Assembly: GCF_009914755.1 (NCBI RefSeq)
Contig: NC_060932.1
Strand: one strand, 5' to 3'
DNA from: the human T2T-CHM13v2.0 reference genome, Homo sapiens
DNA: 64,000 bases
Shown here one piece after another: positions 14,025-27,379 of this stretch. The notes under the pieces were generated by a model that worked only from the letters and a program-made list of their open reading frames with translations, was not told the DNA's origin and made no database searches. Every line of letters begins with the position of its first letter. Position 1 is the first letter of the stretch. The position numbers and the translations under genes were made by a program.

Positions 14025-15724
14025 GTGAAGAAGCTGTTGAGCATGAGTTTCATTTCCAGGAATTTGCCTCAACCATTTTACTTGTCACAGTCCTTTTCAA
14101 GGTCTGCAAGAGTAAAATAGTGAAAAGAGTGTTGTTATTTGTGGCTTCCCTTGAAAATAAGGATGCAGGGCTCTCTAATGTTGAAGAAAGACAATGAATT
14201 CACCGAGGAGTACAATTTTATTTATCTATGTAGATATATAAGTAATCGGCCTGAGGAACCACACTGCTGGTAATTCAGTCAAGAGAATCAATCACAATTA
14301 GTGTTTTCCTAAAGGAAATCAATAAAAAATTGAGCAGAATATTTCAGAAACCTCTGGTACTCCAAACCTTTTCTAGCTGCAGGACTCTCAATGGGTCTCA
14401 TTGCTCAAAGACACTTCTACATTCCTTTGCCAAGGAATATGAACTCAAGTTTGAGGCTTCATAGTCTTTTACCACTTTCCGGATGGGCAATTTTAAGGAA
14501 TGATTATGCTGATAAATTTTGTAATTCCTGGGAAGATGAAAGGCCAGTGCAGCTTTCTGGCAAAGCTTTGCAAACAGTGAAGTTTGAAAAGGAATACTGA
14601 GGTTTCCAAAGTCAGTAAATTCACAGGACCTTGTTTCATTCTATGCCCGCTCACTGTGCATATGCACAAATGGGCTGTGTCTCCCAAAGAGCTTGACAGC
14701 TTTGCTTATACTGCTCATAGGTGGCAGAAAAGGCTGGTCTCTTTTTCAGACCAAAAGGCAAGTAAAGTCCACACCTTCTCCCTCTCTGGTTTCCTGGACA
14801 ATTCTGATCATTTCACTCCCAGGATTTCAACCACCACCTGCACCAAATACCAATCCATATCTTCAGCTGTGACTTTCCTGATCCATTTTATTAATCAGTT
14901 CTGGTGGTCTCAATATGAATATCCTGTGAACTATTCAGATTCCATATGTCTTGGGCTTCAGAATCATTAGTAGCTACAACACGTTCATAATTTCAAAGCC
15001 AAGCGGCTCATTCTGTTTACCACTTCATATCTTTTTACTCTCTCAAGGCATTGGTCTTGGGAGGTTTTAAGTCTTTCTTCACTCTTCAGTCCTCATTTAT
15101 CCCCTAGCCCAGCTTAAAATTATCGCTTGCTTCGTTGTCTTCAACTGCCTTGACCCATTATCCCATTGTCATCATCAACCTATCTTTTGTTAAAGTCAAC
15201 TCTCCTCCACTCAATACCTGCACCACATAGATGAACCTGGCCAGAGAGCAAGCCCCAAATCACGCAAACTGGTCTCACATTCAATGTATGAGCACAAAAC
15301 TCAATGTGCCCCTTAGTAATCACGCTACATTTTATTCCTTCCCTTTCCAAGATGATTGCTTCATGTCTTCTGTCTCTTCTAACATCCAGCACTCCCTCCT
15401 TTCTCATGCTCAGTTGATGATTGCTTCCCATTTCACTGAAGAAATAGAAACAATCGGAGAGAATTTCCATAATCTCCTGCCAGCTGCTACTCATCTAGCT
15501 CTGTCTATGCCCTTATGCCATGCCCTCTTTCCTACTAAGGGTAAACTTGCCTATTCCTAAATAAGCCTAAGTGAGTGCGTGATCCCACTCCCTTTTACCT
15601 ACTCAGAGACATGTGTCTAGAAATTATCCCCTCTCTATGCATCATCCAATGCTCTCACTCTTCTGGGGGTCATTCCTATGTTCTTATAAACATATTATTA
15701 TTTCTCCATGTCAAGAACAAAAGA

Positions 15725-16030
15725 GGCTGGGAGTGGTGGCTCACATCTGTAATCCCAACACTTTGGGAGGCTGAGGTGGGAGGATTGCTTGAGGCCAGGA
15801 GTTTGAGACCAGCCTGGGTGACATGGCAAGACCCCATCTCTACAATAGATACAAAATTAGCCAGGCATGGTGGTGCACACCTATAGTCCCAACTGCTCAG
15901 GAGGCTGAGATGGGAGAATCACCTGAGCCCAGGAGATCGAGGCTGCGGTGAGCTATGGTGGCATCTCTGTACTCCAGCCTGATGACAGAGTGAGATCTTG
16001 TCTAAAAAGAAAACAAAAAAAGAAAAACAA
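15725..16030 (+). mobile_element. AluJ
   Basis: GGCTGGGAGTGGTGGCTCA...GGATTGCTTGAGGCCAGGAGTTTGAGACC...GAGATCGAGGCTGCGGTGAGCTATG and A-rich tail. Confidence 0.92.
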
Positions 16031-16247
16031 GGAAGGAAGGAAAGGAAGAGAAGGAAGGAAGGAGAGAGGGAGGGAAGGAAGGAGGGAGAGACGGAGGGAG
16101 GGAGGAAGAAAGGAAGGAAGGAGGGAAGGAAGGAAGGATGGAAGGAAAGGAAAGGGAAGGAAAGGAAAGGGAAGGGAAGGGAAGGGAAGGGAAGGGAAGG
16201 GAAGGAAAGGGAAGGAAGGAACGAGGGAGAGAGGGAGGGAGGGAGGG
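16031..16247 (+). repeat. Homopurine (GGAA/GGGAA/GGGA)n tract grown from the Alu tail
   Basis: About 217 bp of almost pure A/G with GGAA, GGGAA and GGGA units. Confidence 0.95.
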
Positions 16248-19200
16248 CTACTTCCTGCCCAGGCCATTCTCTTTTCTGCAGGTGTGGGTTCCAATGTGAC
16301 CCACTTCTGACTCTGTCAGTATTCCCTATCCCTGCTCCTGATTTCTTCTTTTTCATAGCCGTCGCCTTAACACACATTCTACATTTGACTTATTTTTCTT
16401 TTTAATCATCTACGTCCCTCCACTAGGCTGTAAACTACAGGATGACAAAGGTTTTGTCTGTTTTTTTCATTGCTGGCTGTTCAATATCTAATCTAGTGCC
16501 TGGCATGTCATGGACAATTAATAAATGTGAACACATAATTTTAAAATAAACAATATATTAAATGATAGAGGAGAGGTCTGGAGGGGTAGAAGTGCACCTG
16601 GCCTAGCTAGCTCCCTCCTGGCTGGCTGGGCAGTACTGAGACAACATCTGAGCCCCTTGTCGGCTGAGTGCCCCCAACCTGCCTTCTTGGCAACACACCC
16701 TTTCTTGGTGGGAACAGAGTGAAACTTAGAAACTTGGACTTTTGCAGCCACACAAGCAAAGAGCAGTTGTAGGCTTGAAAAGGCAGTATCTGCTTTAAGA
16801 AGCTGGGCCTATTTCCTCTGGCTCACCTACGCACCAGCTATGCCAGCAAAGCTGATAAGATTAGAGACAATCACCCCATCCCTGCCTTCCCTATCCCTCT
16901 CATAGGGAAAAATGGAAAGATAAGGGTGGCATTTTAGATTTCCCTTAAAAGATTTTAGGAGAGAGAAAAATGGTGGGTCTGAGCTCAGGGTCGGTGATTT
17001 CACTTGTTAGGTGGGGAGTGAGGCAGCTTCTGGCAAGTGAGTGGTGGAACCCTTGTGTGTCATTTTTCCCCAGTGATGCCTTATGGGATGGGGGTGGCAT
17101 AACATTGCACTTGAAATGAAATGTCTCTAGAACTCAAATTGTAGGATTATAAGGCTAAAGTGAATTGTTTTCTATCTGGTACCACCAAGCAATGCCTAGC
17201 CAATGAAGAGGATGGGAAAGAGAAAGAAGAGAACATTCAGTTTCCCAAAAGAGGATTCCAAACCACTCCATGGGAACAGTCAGTCAGGCAGCAAGGCAGC
17301 AGTGTGGCCAGGAGTCATCACATCGTGGGGTTCAGAGCAAGTGAATCACAGGCAAACCCAGAGGGCCCTGAGCTGCATGCAGCTGTTCACAATGCCTGGG
17401 CATTACTTGCAGCTCAGTCTACTGATTTTAAAGGGCTAGGCAAGGAGAGACACCTGGCACACAGTGTGGATAGAAATGCACTCCTGCCTGTCTTCCCCAC
17501 CTCATCTCTCCTTTTTTCTTCTTGGCACTGAATGTGAGTTCTCTGGTGCCAACAAAACAATAGTTTTAAGAAAATCAAGTTAAGAAGCTCTATGGGAGCA
17601 CAAGGTCCTCTGAGTCACACCATGCAGGTAGCTTTCCTCATGCTGATGCGTGGAGTTGGCTGTGCCCAACAGCTGTGCTCAGTTTTTTAGAAGCCCTGGA
17701 ACTCATTGAATCCCAGGACACCCCAGTGGATCTCATTTCATGCTCATAACAAGGGCAATAATTTGACCTTAATGAATGAAGATTTGGCTCCACATATCAT
17801 CAGGAGCTGTGGAGGGAGCATAGTTTCCCAAATCTATCAGCTACTGAATGAAAAGAGACCCGTTTAGCAATTGAGGATCAATCCATCACATGTCGGCTAT
17901 TCAGGCTGCAATAAAGAAGGAGAAAAGATGGATGTCAATGTAAAATAACCTGTGAATTTTGACATCCTTGGCCAATGACCATGTGGAATAGTGTCCTGGT
18001 AGGCAGTCATTGTCTTCAACAGCCACTGTATTCAGCACAAGAGCCTGAAATTGAAAGACTTCACAACCTTTTCAAAGAAAGCCCACTTACCTGTTTGCTG
18101 CCCCATCTGAAGATAAACGAAATGCTTTCATGCTAAGAGGTGGCACATGCCTCCTTGCACCCAACTCACCATTGCCTGTGCTAGGTCACCTGCAGGAAGG
18201 TAGGTAAAGACCTGTGATCACAGCCTCACCCTCTTCTTTTCTTCTAATTCATGGACTCTATATTTAGTGATAGGATTTCCAAACTAGCCTTGGACATCAT
18301 CTGAAATTGAGTATGGAGACTTCCTCCTCTGATTATACCACACCCCCGCCCCCCGCAAAGATTGACAGTGATTGTCTCTGGGAGCTGAGACTATGGTTGA
18401 TCTGTACTTTTATTTCTTTGTATTTCTCTGGATATCCCAAATTTCCCAATAAGAAGGGTAGACTCTTTTTGTAATTAAACAAAACTATTAACTTTTAAAA
18501 GAAGGGTGGGGGGATAAAAGAGAAAATGAGGAATTTCTTCTCAATGAAAAGAGAAAAGTTGACAAGATATAACCACAGTTGACAGAAGAAAGCCTAACAA
18601 TCTAAAGGCGACAGACCAGGTTCAATGCCAGCTTCTCACACACAACTGTGGTCTTGTTATTCATTCCTGCATTGTCTTGCAGCTCTGTGAAGCACAGTAG
18701 CTCCTGCTTTCTTTTAGTCACTCTATCAAGGGAGGACAGAAAGCAGGGAGAGATGGACAGCAAGTAGAAAGTGGAATCTTGAGAGTTCTGTTCAGCCCCT
18801 TGGTCCCCATTACAGACATGCATCCTCCTGCCACAGGAGGGGATCGGGGCCTGCTGATGGGTGCACCAGTTCCTGAAGGAAAGCTGTCTGCCAGGAGCAC
18901 TGCACTGGTGTCTCCATTCCCTGCCTTGCCTGTCTCCCAGGTGCATAGACAACACCCACACTGCCCAGACCTGTAACTTCCCTGTCTGTTTAAACAAGTT
19001 GATGTTTCTTGGTTGAATTTTAACCCAAACTCCTTCTCAGCCTTGAAAACTTCCTACAGGTGCAAACCCTCCTAGTATCACCCGCAGGCTCCTGTACCTG
19101 AGGAAAATGAGCTCCCCTTCTCAAATTCTGATTTTAGGCAGAAGGCAAATCCCTGGGCATGGGTTTACAAGCCCTTCCCCATCCATCTGCAGTTTAGAAT

Positions 19201-20186
19201 TTCAGTTTTACTTCACCTCCACTCACCTGACATTTCAATTTTCCAGATGAGTAACAGCTGCCTGACTTCACCGTGTGCTTTTATGCCTCTATCTTTGCTG
19301 CTGTTTTCTTCCCTTGTGTCAAGAATACAGCTCCTTTAAGTTGTTATCCATTTGCAAAATTTTGATGCATCCGTCTATAGCCAATGTTCTCAGATCTCTC
19401 CCAGATCCGAGGAGCAACCCTTCCCATCTGATTGTTTATTTGCCTTATCATATTTCTAGACTTTGTGATTCACACACAGAAATTGTGCATTCATCTCTGT
19501 GTTCTCAGTAGCCACATAGCAGCTATTCTCTAAGTGTTTGATGAAGAAATAAATGCTTTCTTTCACCAAGCTTTATCATGCTCTGTGATTATTCATCCAA
19601 GCCCAATCACAGTGGAATCTGTTTGCTTGTTTTCAATGTATTCCTCTGTGGCTGGACTATTTTGGTTTTTCTTTTTTGTTTTATTTAAGGGAGCAAATAA
19701 TTATAAATTTAAACAAACAAAATATGCAGGTGAGTATATACCATTCCATCAATGAACAAGTATATATTGAACCCTCATTTTGAGGCTAGCTTTGCACTGG
19801 GTCCTGGGGAGACATGTTTCTTGTTAGGCAAGAAAGAGAAGGAGCATATTGTCTGAGATAAAGCTGAAAAGATGGATATGTACTTATTTTGGTTAATTAA
19901 GATTAGTAAGGTGAATATGATTCACATTGCATTTCAGTAGTGCCTGCCTATACATGCATTAATTCAGAGATAAACGATATCAGTGTGCATAGGAATACCA
20001 GGAGAAGGCCGAATGAAGAAAATGAGCAGTAGTTGCTCCTTGATGTGTCAAGCTTTGCACACACGTATGTGTGCAAAAATGTGTGTGTCTACACTTCAGA
20101 AAGAGAGGAAGCCTTTATTTTCTCTATGTAATGCTGCCTTTAACACACGGGGCCATCTCATGCTCAACAAATTTATTCACTTTCTG

Positions 20187-20400
20187 CAGGGTTTCTCAGC
20201 TTCAGCACTACTGACACTGGGATGGGATAACTCCGTATGGTGGGGGTTGTCCTGTGTGTTTAGAATGTTTAGCAGGATCCATGATCTCCACCTACTATAT
20301 GTCAGAGCATCCTTCCCTCCCCCAGCCCCATCATGTCAATCAATATTTTCTCCAAACATTGCCAATTATCTTCTGTGAACAAAATTCTCTAAGGTCCAGT
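20187..20400 (+). mobile_element. MER20 (hAT-Charlie)
   Basis: CAGGGTTTCTCAGCTTCAGCACTACTGACA...TGTCCTGTG...TAGAATGTTTAGCAG...CTCCAAACATTGCCAA. Confidence 0.8.
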
Positions 20401-22398
20401 TTTGGCAAACGTGCTTTTCAGATTGGCTTTGGAGGAGTATTCTTAATTTTTTGTTAGGATTCTTGCAGGGGAGGGGAGGGAGAAAAAAAAGGGAGAGAGG
20501 TGAGGGAGAGAGAGAGAGAACACCACAGGCTAACAAGAAGATAATTCCTAAAGAGTTGGTGCTTTTGTTTTGTAAATAGCTAGCATTGGGGAAACGAAGA
20601 AAACACACTATTCATTGTCTATTTCCTAGTGTTTATTACTCATCCAAGATGAACAAATAATACTCTAGAGTGATATTAAAATCGTACCCAAGGCCATTGA
20701 GTATGACTTTGAATTAAGCTTTGGAAATATTCCTAGCAACACATTTAATTAACTAGGATACTTGGTTGATATTAAATCCACATCAACTAATATTAAAAAC
20801 ATATATATTGAAGCTTAACAGCTTCAGGAGAGCTCAGGATCTGATTGTGATGTTGTTCATCTCAATGTACAGGTTCATTGAATCTTTCCAAATGGAGCAC
20901 TGGGGACTAGAACATTATCACTGATTTGGAGAGCAAAGTGGGGAAAATTAAGTTCTTGTGTAACAATGTTTATATTCTAAGCAATGTTTATAACGAGCTA
21001 TACAAACAGGTTGGGAGAACTTGCTCCATTGATGGCAATATCTTTCCTCTACCTCAAAATGCTTGAGTTTCAAAAGCAAAATTAGAACAAGCAAAGGGGC
21101 AAAATGACCATGGGGTGCTACTCTCCTTATTTAGAGGATGAAATCTTGCCCCTCTAGCAATGTCAACTTCAATGTCCATGATTTTCACTAAGGTTATCCT
21201 TTTTTTTTTTTGATCTGGGCTTGGAAGAAGAAAAACAGACCAGTATCTAAAAGCAATTTGTTCCCACCTATCTGAGATGGGATAGGCATCTGATAACAGG
21301 ATTGGGGAGATTATCCAGTCAGGGAAGATGCTGGTAGATTAAAAAAATAGCAAAAAGAGTTTCCCTTAATGTTTCATCCAACAAATGTGTTAATTATCAG
21401 TATATATAATCTGATCTATAAAATCCAAATTTTATGGAGTCAACCCTCTTACTTATTCCATATGTAAGTCATCAGCTGCTTATTAATAGTTTCTTGTGTG
21501 TCAGTTTTGTGTTCCAGGAATATTAAAATATTCCTAAAGACTAAATTAGGAAAGGGAGCAGAGCTGGTGAAGTAGCAAATTTCAGCTCCCAAATTCCTAC
21601 CTGAGCCCCATGCTCCTTCAGGAATCTGTTGTCCTGATCCTGGAGAATATCCATGGACTTGCCATGCTCATCAACATGAGGCCCCATGGTGGGTGCTGGG
21701 ATCTCACTTTTGAGCCCATGTGTCATTAAGCACCCATTTCTTAGCCTGTGCCCACTTGCCAGAGCCCAAAAATGTCAAAATAGCAAAACCTTGATGCCAG
21801 CCTCAACATCACCCCACCAGCACTCTCTTCCTCTTCTCCTGTGGGTGCCTGCCAGGATGTTTTCCCAGACACGCACCATTCCTACCACTCTGACAAGCTA
21901 CAATTATTTTTTTAAAAATACAACAGTGCCTGTGGGTTTTTCCTCCTGGTTAAAAGGGACAGCGAGATTTTGTATCAATAAATTCCTATAAACCTGCATT
22001 TTTTTTTTCCTGAGTGAGGTTGCTACTTCACTCCTCATCAATCAGTGTTTCAAGTCAGCCGACCCTGGATGGGATCAATATGGCTACGTGCAGGTTTGGC
22101 TGCTCCACCGAAGTACACAAGTATCTTTGTGCTTGCCTGCTAATCAGAAGAGAGGGCCTGGATGGGTGGATGGGATCTAGTCTTATTCTTTTCATTTAAA
22201 AAAATAAAATATAACGGTTCCAATACTTTGCACTCAGGGTAACTTACTGTTGCTAGAGACCATGATGACAAAAAAGCAGAGAAGGGTAAAGGCAATCTGA
22301 AAACATGGAGGCATATTAAAGGCATTTAACAATGTGTTATTATTTTTTTAATTGCCAATCTCACATCTTAATAAACAAGACAATGTCCTGAGTGTGGC

Positions 22399-22935
22399 TG
22401 TATTTGTTCTCCGGAGAAAAATGACCAATAGGATATATATAAATAAGTAGAGATATACAAGAGGGATATACCATGAGAATTGATTCATGTGATTATGAGG
22501 GCCAAGAAGTCCCACAACATGCCATCAGCAAGGTGGAGAATCAGGGAGGCCAGTGCTGTAAGTCAGGCCAGGTTCAAAGACCTGAGAACCAGAGGAGCCA
22601 GTGGTGTCATTGTCAGTTCAAGGCAGAAAGCCTGAGGGACTGGAGGCCTACTGGAGTAAAGACCCAAGAACCTGCAGCTCTCATATCCAACGACAGCAGG
22701 TGCATGTCCCAAGGAGACAGTGAATTTGCCTTTCCTCTGCCTTTTCTTTCTATCCAGGCTCTCAATGGATTGGATCATGCCTGCCCACAGTGGGGTCAGA
22801 TCTTCTTTACTCAGTCTATTGATTCAAATGTTAACCTCTTCCAGAAACAGCCTCACAAACATACCCAGAAACACTGTTTTATCAGCTGAGTGTCTCTTAA
22901 TCCAGTCAAGTTGACACATAAAATTACCCATCACA
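22399..22935 (-). mobile_element. ERVL solo LTR (MLT2B/C-like)
   Basis: TG...CA termini; ends CCAGTCAAGTTGACACATAAAATTACCCATCACA; 5-bp TSD GTGGC (22394-22398) / GTGGG (22936-22940). Confidence 0.88.
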
Positions 22936-24599
22936 GTGGGATTCTGAGAGGTTCCTGTCCACTTTAAGATCTAGTTTTGGCTGAGACTTGCCTCTCTTGC
23001 TTATTTCTTTAACCTGATGCACTTTTTGAAACCTTTGAATAAAAATAAAAGTAGCCAATGTATCAAGTACCTGACAGCTCTGGTCTCCTGACTCAAATCT
23101 TGGTAAATAATGATGCCCTCAATCTTTGTCCCTAAGACTGTCATCTCCCCATAGTTCTAGGGTTGAGCAGCGTACCTTCAGGCACATCTGACAAAAAGTG
23201 CGAACGGGGACTGATGGTGGAACAGTGATCATAGGTGGGAACGGCTCACCACAGAGCTCTAGGAGCGCTCAGGTAGTGTCTCTGCTCTTTCTCTGCCAAT
23301 CTTTCTTTTTCCTGCTCCAAAAAATATTACACCAATGCATGACCTTCAGAAGTCCAAAATTCTGACTAACTGAAAGCTCTGGGGTAGCATGTCTTGATTG
23401 CATCTTGACAAGATTTACTGCCGGGGGGAGAAGTTGTCTTAACATTGGCTGCAAAGAAATGCTGCTATGGAGGCAGAGTTCCCTGCACTCGGGTCCGAGC
23501 TTCCATCTCTCACTGGAAAGAACCTGAGGACTTTCACAATGAAAGTTGATGTGTATGTGACAGGCACAACTATATCTGTTTCCTCTCTTCTCTCTTAATT
23601 AATTACATCTCACAGGCATACACATTTGAGAAATGTATATATAAGTGAATATAAATACAGAGATTAAAAGCTACCATCCAAAGAGGTGTTTAGAGTTATG
23701 TATGTACTCGTTATAACACCTATTAGTTAAAACTAAGAAAAGTCCATTAAAAGCTAAGTTCCTTTCACAGAGTGACCAGATTTGAGCTTGAGTTTCGTCA
23801 AGGCAGCACACCACAGCGCTCTGATTTGCCATGGCATTTCGCTTCTGACCACTTGCTGTATTGAGTATTTCCCCAGGCAAAGGGGCACACACCTTAGTAA
23901 CTGGGCTGGAGTCTCACATCTGCCCAGTAGCACATTTGCAAAAAAAGATTAGCTCCAAATAGGTCTCCCTGGCTCTTTGGGGGTCATGGGGCTTCTCCCA
24001 GGTACTTGTAACCATCCTGTCCTATGTGGCATGGCTGTCCCACACCCTCCACCATTGTTCCAGGTGAGGCCAGGGTGAATCTCCAGTCTTCACAGTAACA
24101 TTCTCTCCTGCTGCTGATGGGCAAATTTCCTGCTTTGTGCTGGCTATGTAGGTTCCCTGGGCACTGACCAGTTTACAGATCAGAACTGCCTTGAGCTCTC
24201 GGCCTGTGAAACAGACTTTAATGGTGTCATCTGTTCTGTTTTGTCAAAGCCTCCTCTCTTTGCTCCTGCTCCTGCTTTCACTCTTGTTTCCCTTAGGGTG
24301 ATTTTCTTGCCATTAAGCTTCTCAGTGAATGCTGAGGGGTTTCTCCTGGGTGGCCACCAAAAAACCCTCTTAAGTCTAGCCTCCACGCCCTCTGTAGGCC
24401 CCATGAGACTTAGCTCCCTTGCCTTCTGTAGCTCTGGTCAGGGTGGGTTATTGTTGTCCACCTACATGCATGTCTCCCCCAAACTACAACCATGAGCTCC
24501 TGGAAAGTTGAGTCTCATTCATTCCTATGTGTGGATTTGTGTCTCCTACCAAGGGCATGATATTTCCACTTGGGATAACAGATAGACCTTCCAAACATA

Positions 24600-24938
24600 G
24601 CACCTACAAAATGAGGCTCCTGCCTTTCGCCTCAAGCCTCTTCCTTCCCAAATGTTCTTCAACTCAGTAAACAAAAATCCTGTTCTCTAGTTGCTCAGGT
24701 CAAAAACTGGGGAACATCTCTGATTCCTCTTTTTTCTTATAACCCATATTTAGTTCAACAGCAAATCCTGTTAGCTCAGCCTTCAGGATACACACAGTAT
24801 GTGAACACATTTCACAGCCTCCACTGTTTGGACTAGGTTTAGTCCAAGCCACCTCTGTTTCTTGCCTGTACAATTTTCAGAGCCTCCTAAGGGGGACACG
24901 GCTTGCTTGCCTGTCTGTCATCTATAATCCATGCAGCA
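24600..24938 (+). mobile_element. L2 internal relic
   Basis: GTTGCTCAGGTCAAAAACTGGGG...TGATTCCTCT...CAGCAAATCCTGTTAGCTC...AGTCCAAGCCACC. Confidence 0.65.
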
Positions 24939-24941
24939 GGG

Positions 24942-25374
24942 GGCAGTGGGGTGAATGGAGGCCTCTGAAAACACACATCCATGTCCTAACCCTCAGAACC
25001 TATGAATGTGATTTAGTTCGGAAAAGGGGTCTTTGTAGATGGGATTATGCTAAGGATCCAAAGATGGATTATCATGGTGGGCCCTAATCTCAATGACAAG
25101 TGTTTTATAAAAGACACCCAGAGGAGAGACATGGGCAGAAGCAAAGAAGATAATGAAGACAGAGGCAGAGATTGGAGTGATGTAGCCTCAAGAAAGATCA
25201 ACAGCCACCAGAAGGAATTAAGGAATGTCCCCTAGTGTCTCCAGGAAAGGACTAGCTCTGCTAAGATCTAGATTTCAGACTTCTGGCCTCAAGCACTGTA
25301 AGAGTATACATTCCTGTTGTTTTAAATCACCCAGTGTTGGAATTTGTTATGGTGGCCCTAGAAAACTAAACACA
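24942..25374 (+). mobile_element. MaLR solo LTR (MLT1C/D-like)
   Basis: CCATGTCCTAACCC..GAACCTATGAATGTG...GAAGACAGAGGCAGAGATTGGAGTGATG...TTTCAGACTTCTGGCCTC...TTTGTTATGGTGGCCCTAGAAAACTAAACACA. Confidence 0.85.
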
Positions 25375-26486
25375 GCCCAAAGCACTCTTCAGGGTGTTAC
25401 ACCCTCTATGTCCCTCCAGGGTTCTCTGTCCCACCCTTGAAGGTACATTTCCCCAGCTTCCTAGAGAAAGCTGAGACAAGTCCTTCTTTAAGAGAGCCCA
25501 GTAAGCATCCTAGCCTCACAGGGAGGTACTTCCTACCCCTTTCCAAAAGCAGCATCAGCAGCGTCCTGAGCACCAGGTGAGTATCAGCTGTTCAAGAGAA
25601 TCCCCAGGGCAACAATGGCGGGTCAGACAGTGGCAAGACCAACCCCAGATGTTTCGGAGGCATTGCTGGTGGATGAAGGACCGCAAGGGGAAGGGCAGCG
25701 AGCATTAATCGTGCCGGCAGGATGCCCCAGGGCCTCTGAGAACCTGTCCTTGAAGAAGGCAGTGATGGTCCACCCAGTGATTCTGCTTTGTGGATTCTCA
25801 TACTGCTGCAGGGACACCTTGAAGATTTGCCCTCAGCCTTGCATGGACCAGAGAATTAAAAGAATGAGGAATTTCCCACCTGCCTGGCTCTCTCCATTTG
25901 CAGAGCCCTGAACTTTATGTTATTTTACTGGAAACTAACAACTACCCAGAAAAAGTGATAGAAACGTCCCCCTGCCCATTTTGTTTTAATCTTACAGATG
26001 AGAAAACAGAAATAGAAGAAAATGACTTCCCTGAGGTTGAACTGTCGGTAAGAGGTCAAGCCAGAGCTTAAACCTGGCATCTAGAGCATTTCCACATTTT
26101 TAAAAGTTGTCTCAAACATGCCTCAAACTTATTTCTTCAAGCCTATACCAGGCTTTGTTTTCTAATAGGAAAATATAACCAAACAGCTTGAGATATTCAG
26201 AGTCTGTCTGAAATTTTGTTCTTGCTGTTATCCTGGGCTAATTAAAAATTTAGTATTAAAAAGGAAATGTCCTTATTAAGTTTCCTTTTGACATTCCATA
26301 AGAAATCCTAAGTACTCTACTTGGAAAAGACACTACTGATGTTCACAGTCAATGCATCAGGACACATATATTTGGCCCAATCAGGAGACTTTTCACCGTG
26401 AATTTGATTGCACTGTTTTGCTGGTCAATCTAGTAGTGGATACATTAAGAAGGAAAGATTACAAGAGAAATATCACATGCAAATCA

Positions 26487-26784
<298 letters not shown>

Positions 26785-27069
26785 GTATACACAATCAAAC
26801 TTGCTCTAAGTTTTTGTCTTTTTTGTTGGCTTCCAAACAGAGTATGGAGGGAGGGAGGGCAGGGAACTAACCTGATGAAATTCTTCTATGTTCTGGTCTT
26901 AGTGCTTGGAGGCTAAGTGCTTGTGGTCTTCATACAGTCATTTTATTTAATTTTCCCACATTCTACTTCGTTGGGTTATTTATTTATTTATTTTGCATAT
27001 AAAAAGAAACAGATATGAAGAGGTTAAATATCTTACCCAAAGTCACCCAGCTTACAAACGACCAAGAAT

Positions 27070-27379
27070 TATTTTGTTTGTTTGTATGGTTATTTTTTGA
27101 GACAGAGTCTTGCTCTGTCACCCAGGCTGGAGTGCAATGGCACGATCTCAGCTCACTGAAACCTCTGACTCAGGGAATCAAGTGATTCTCCTGCCTCAGC
27201 CCTCCGAGTAACTGGGACTACAGGCGCACGCCACCATGCCCAACTAATTTTTGTATTTTTAGTAGAGATAGGGTTTCACCATGTTGGCCAGGCTAGTCTC
27301 AAAATCCTGACCTCAGGTGATCTGCCCACCTCGGCCTCCCAAAGTGCTGGATGAGAGGTGTGAGCCACTGCACCTAGCC
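27070..27379 (-). mobile_element. AluS inserted at the edge of a MIR relic (26930-27070)
   Basis: Degenerate T-rich tail followed by a full reverse Alu ending CACCTAGCC; AAGAA flanks both ends. Confidence 0.93.

Larger units (their letters stand above)
15100..16530 (+). mobile_element. L2 relic, interrupted by an Alu and a GA-rich tract
   Basis: TCCCATTTCACTGAAGAAATAGAAACAATCGGAGAGAA (L2 internal) and L2 3' end CCTCCACTAGGCTGTAAACT...AGTGCCTGGCA...TAATAAATG. Confidence 0.55.

Noticed and set aside
15919-16405. ORFs of 113-152 aa rich in G/R/K/E or P/S/F
   Set aside because: Read-through of the Alu tail and GA-rich tract
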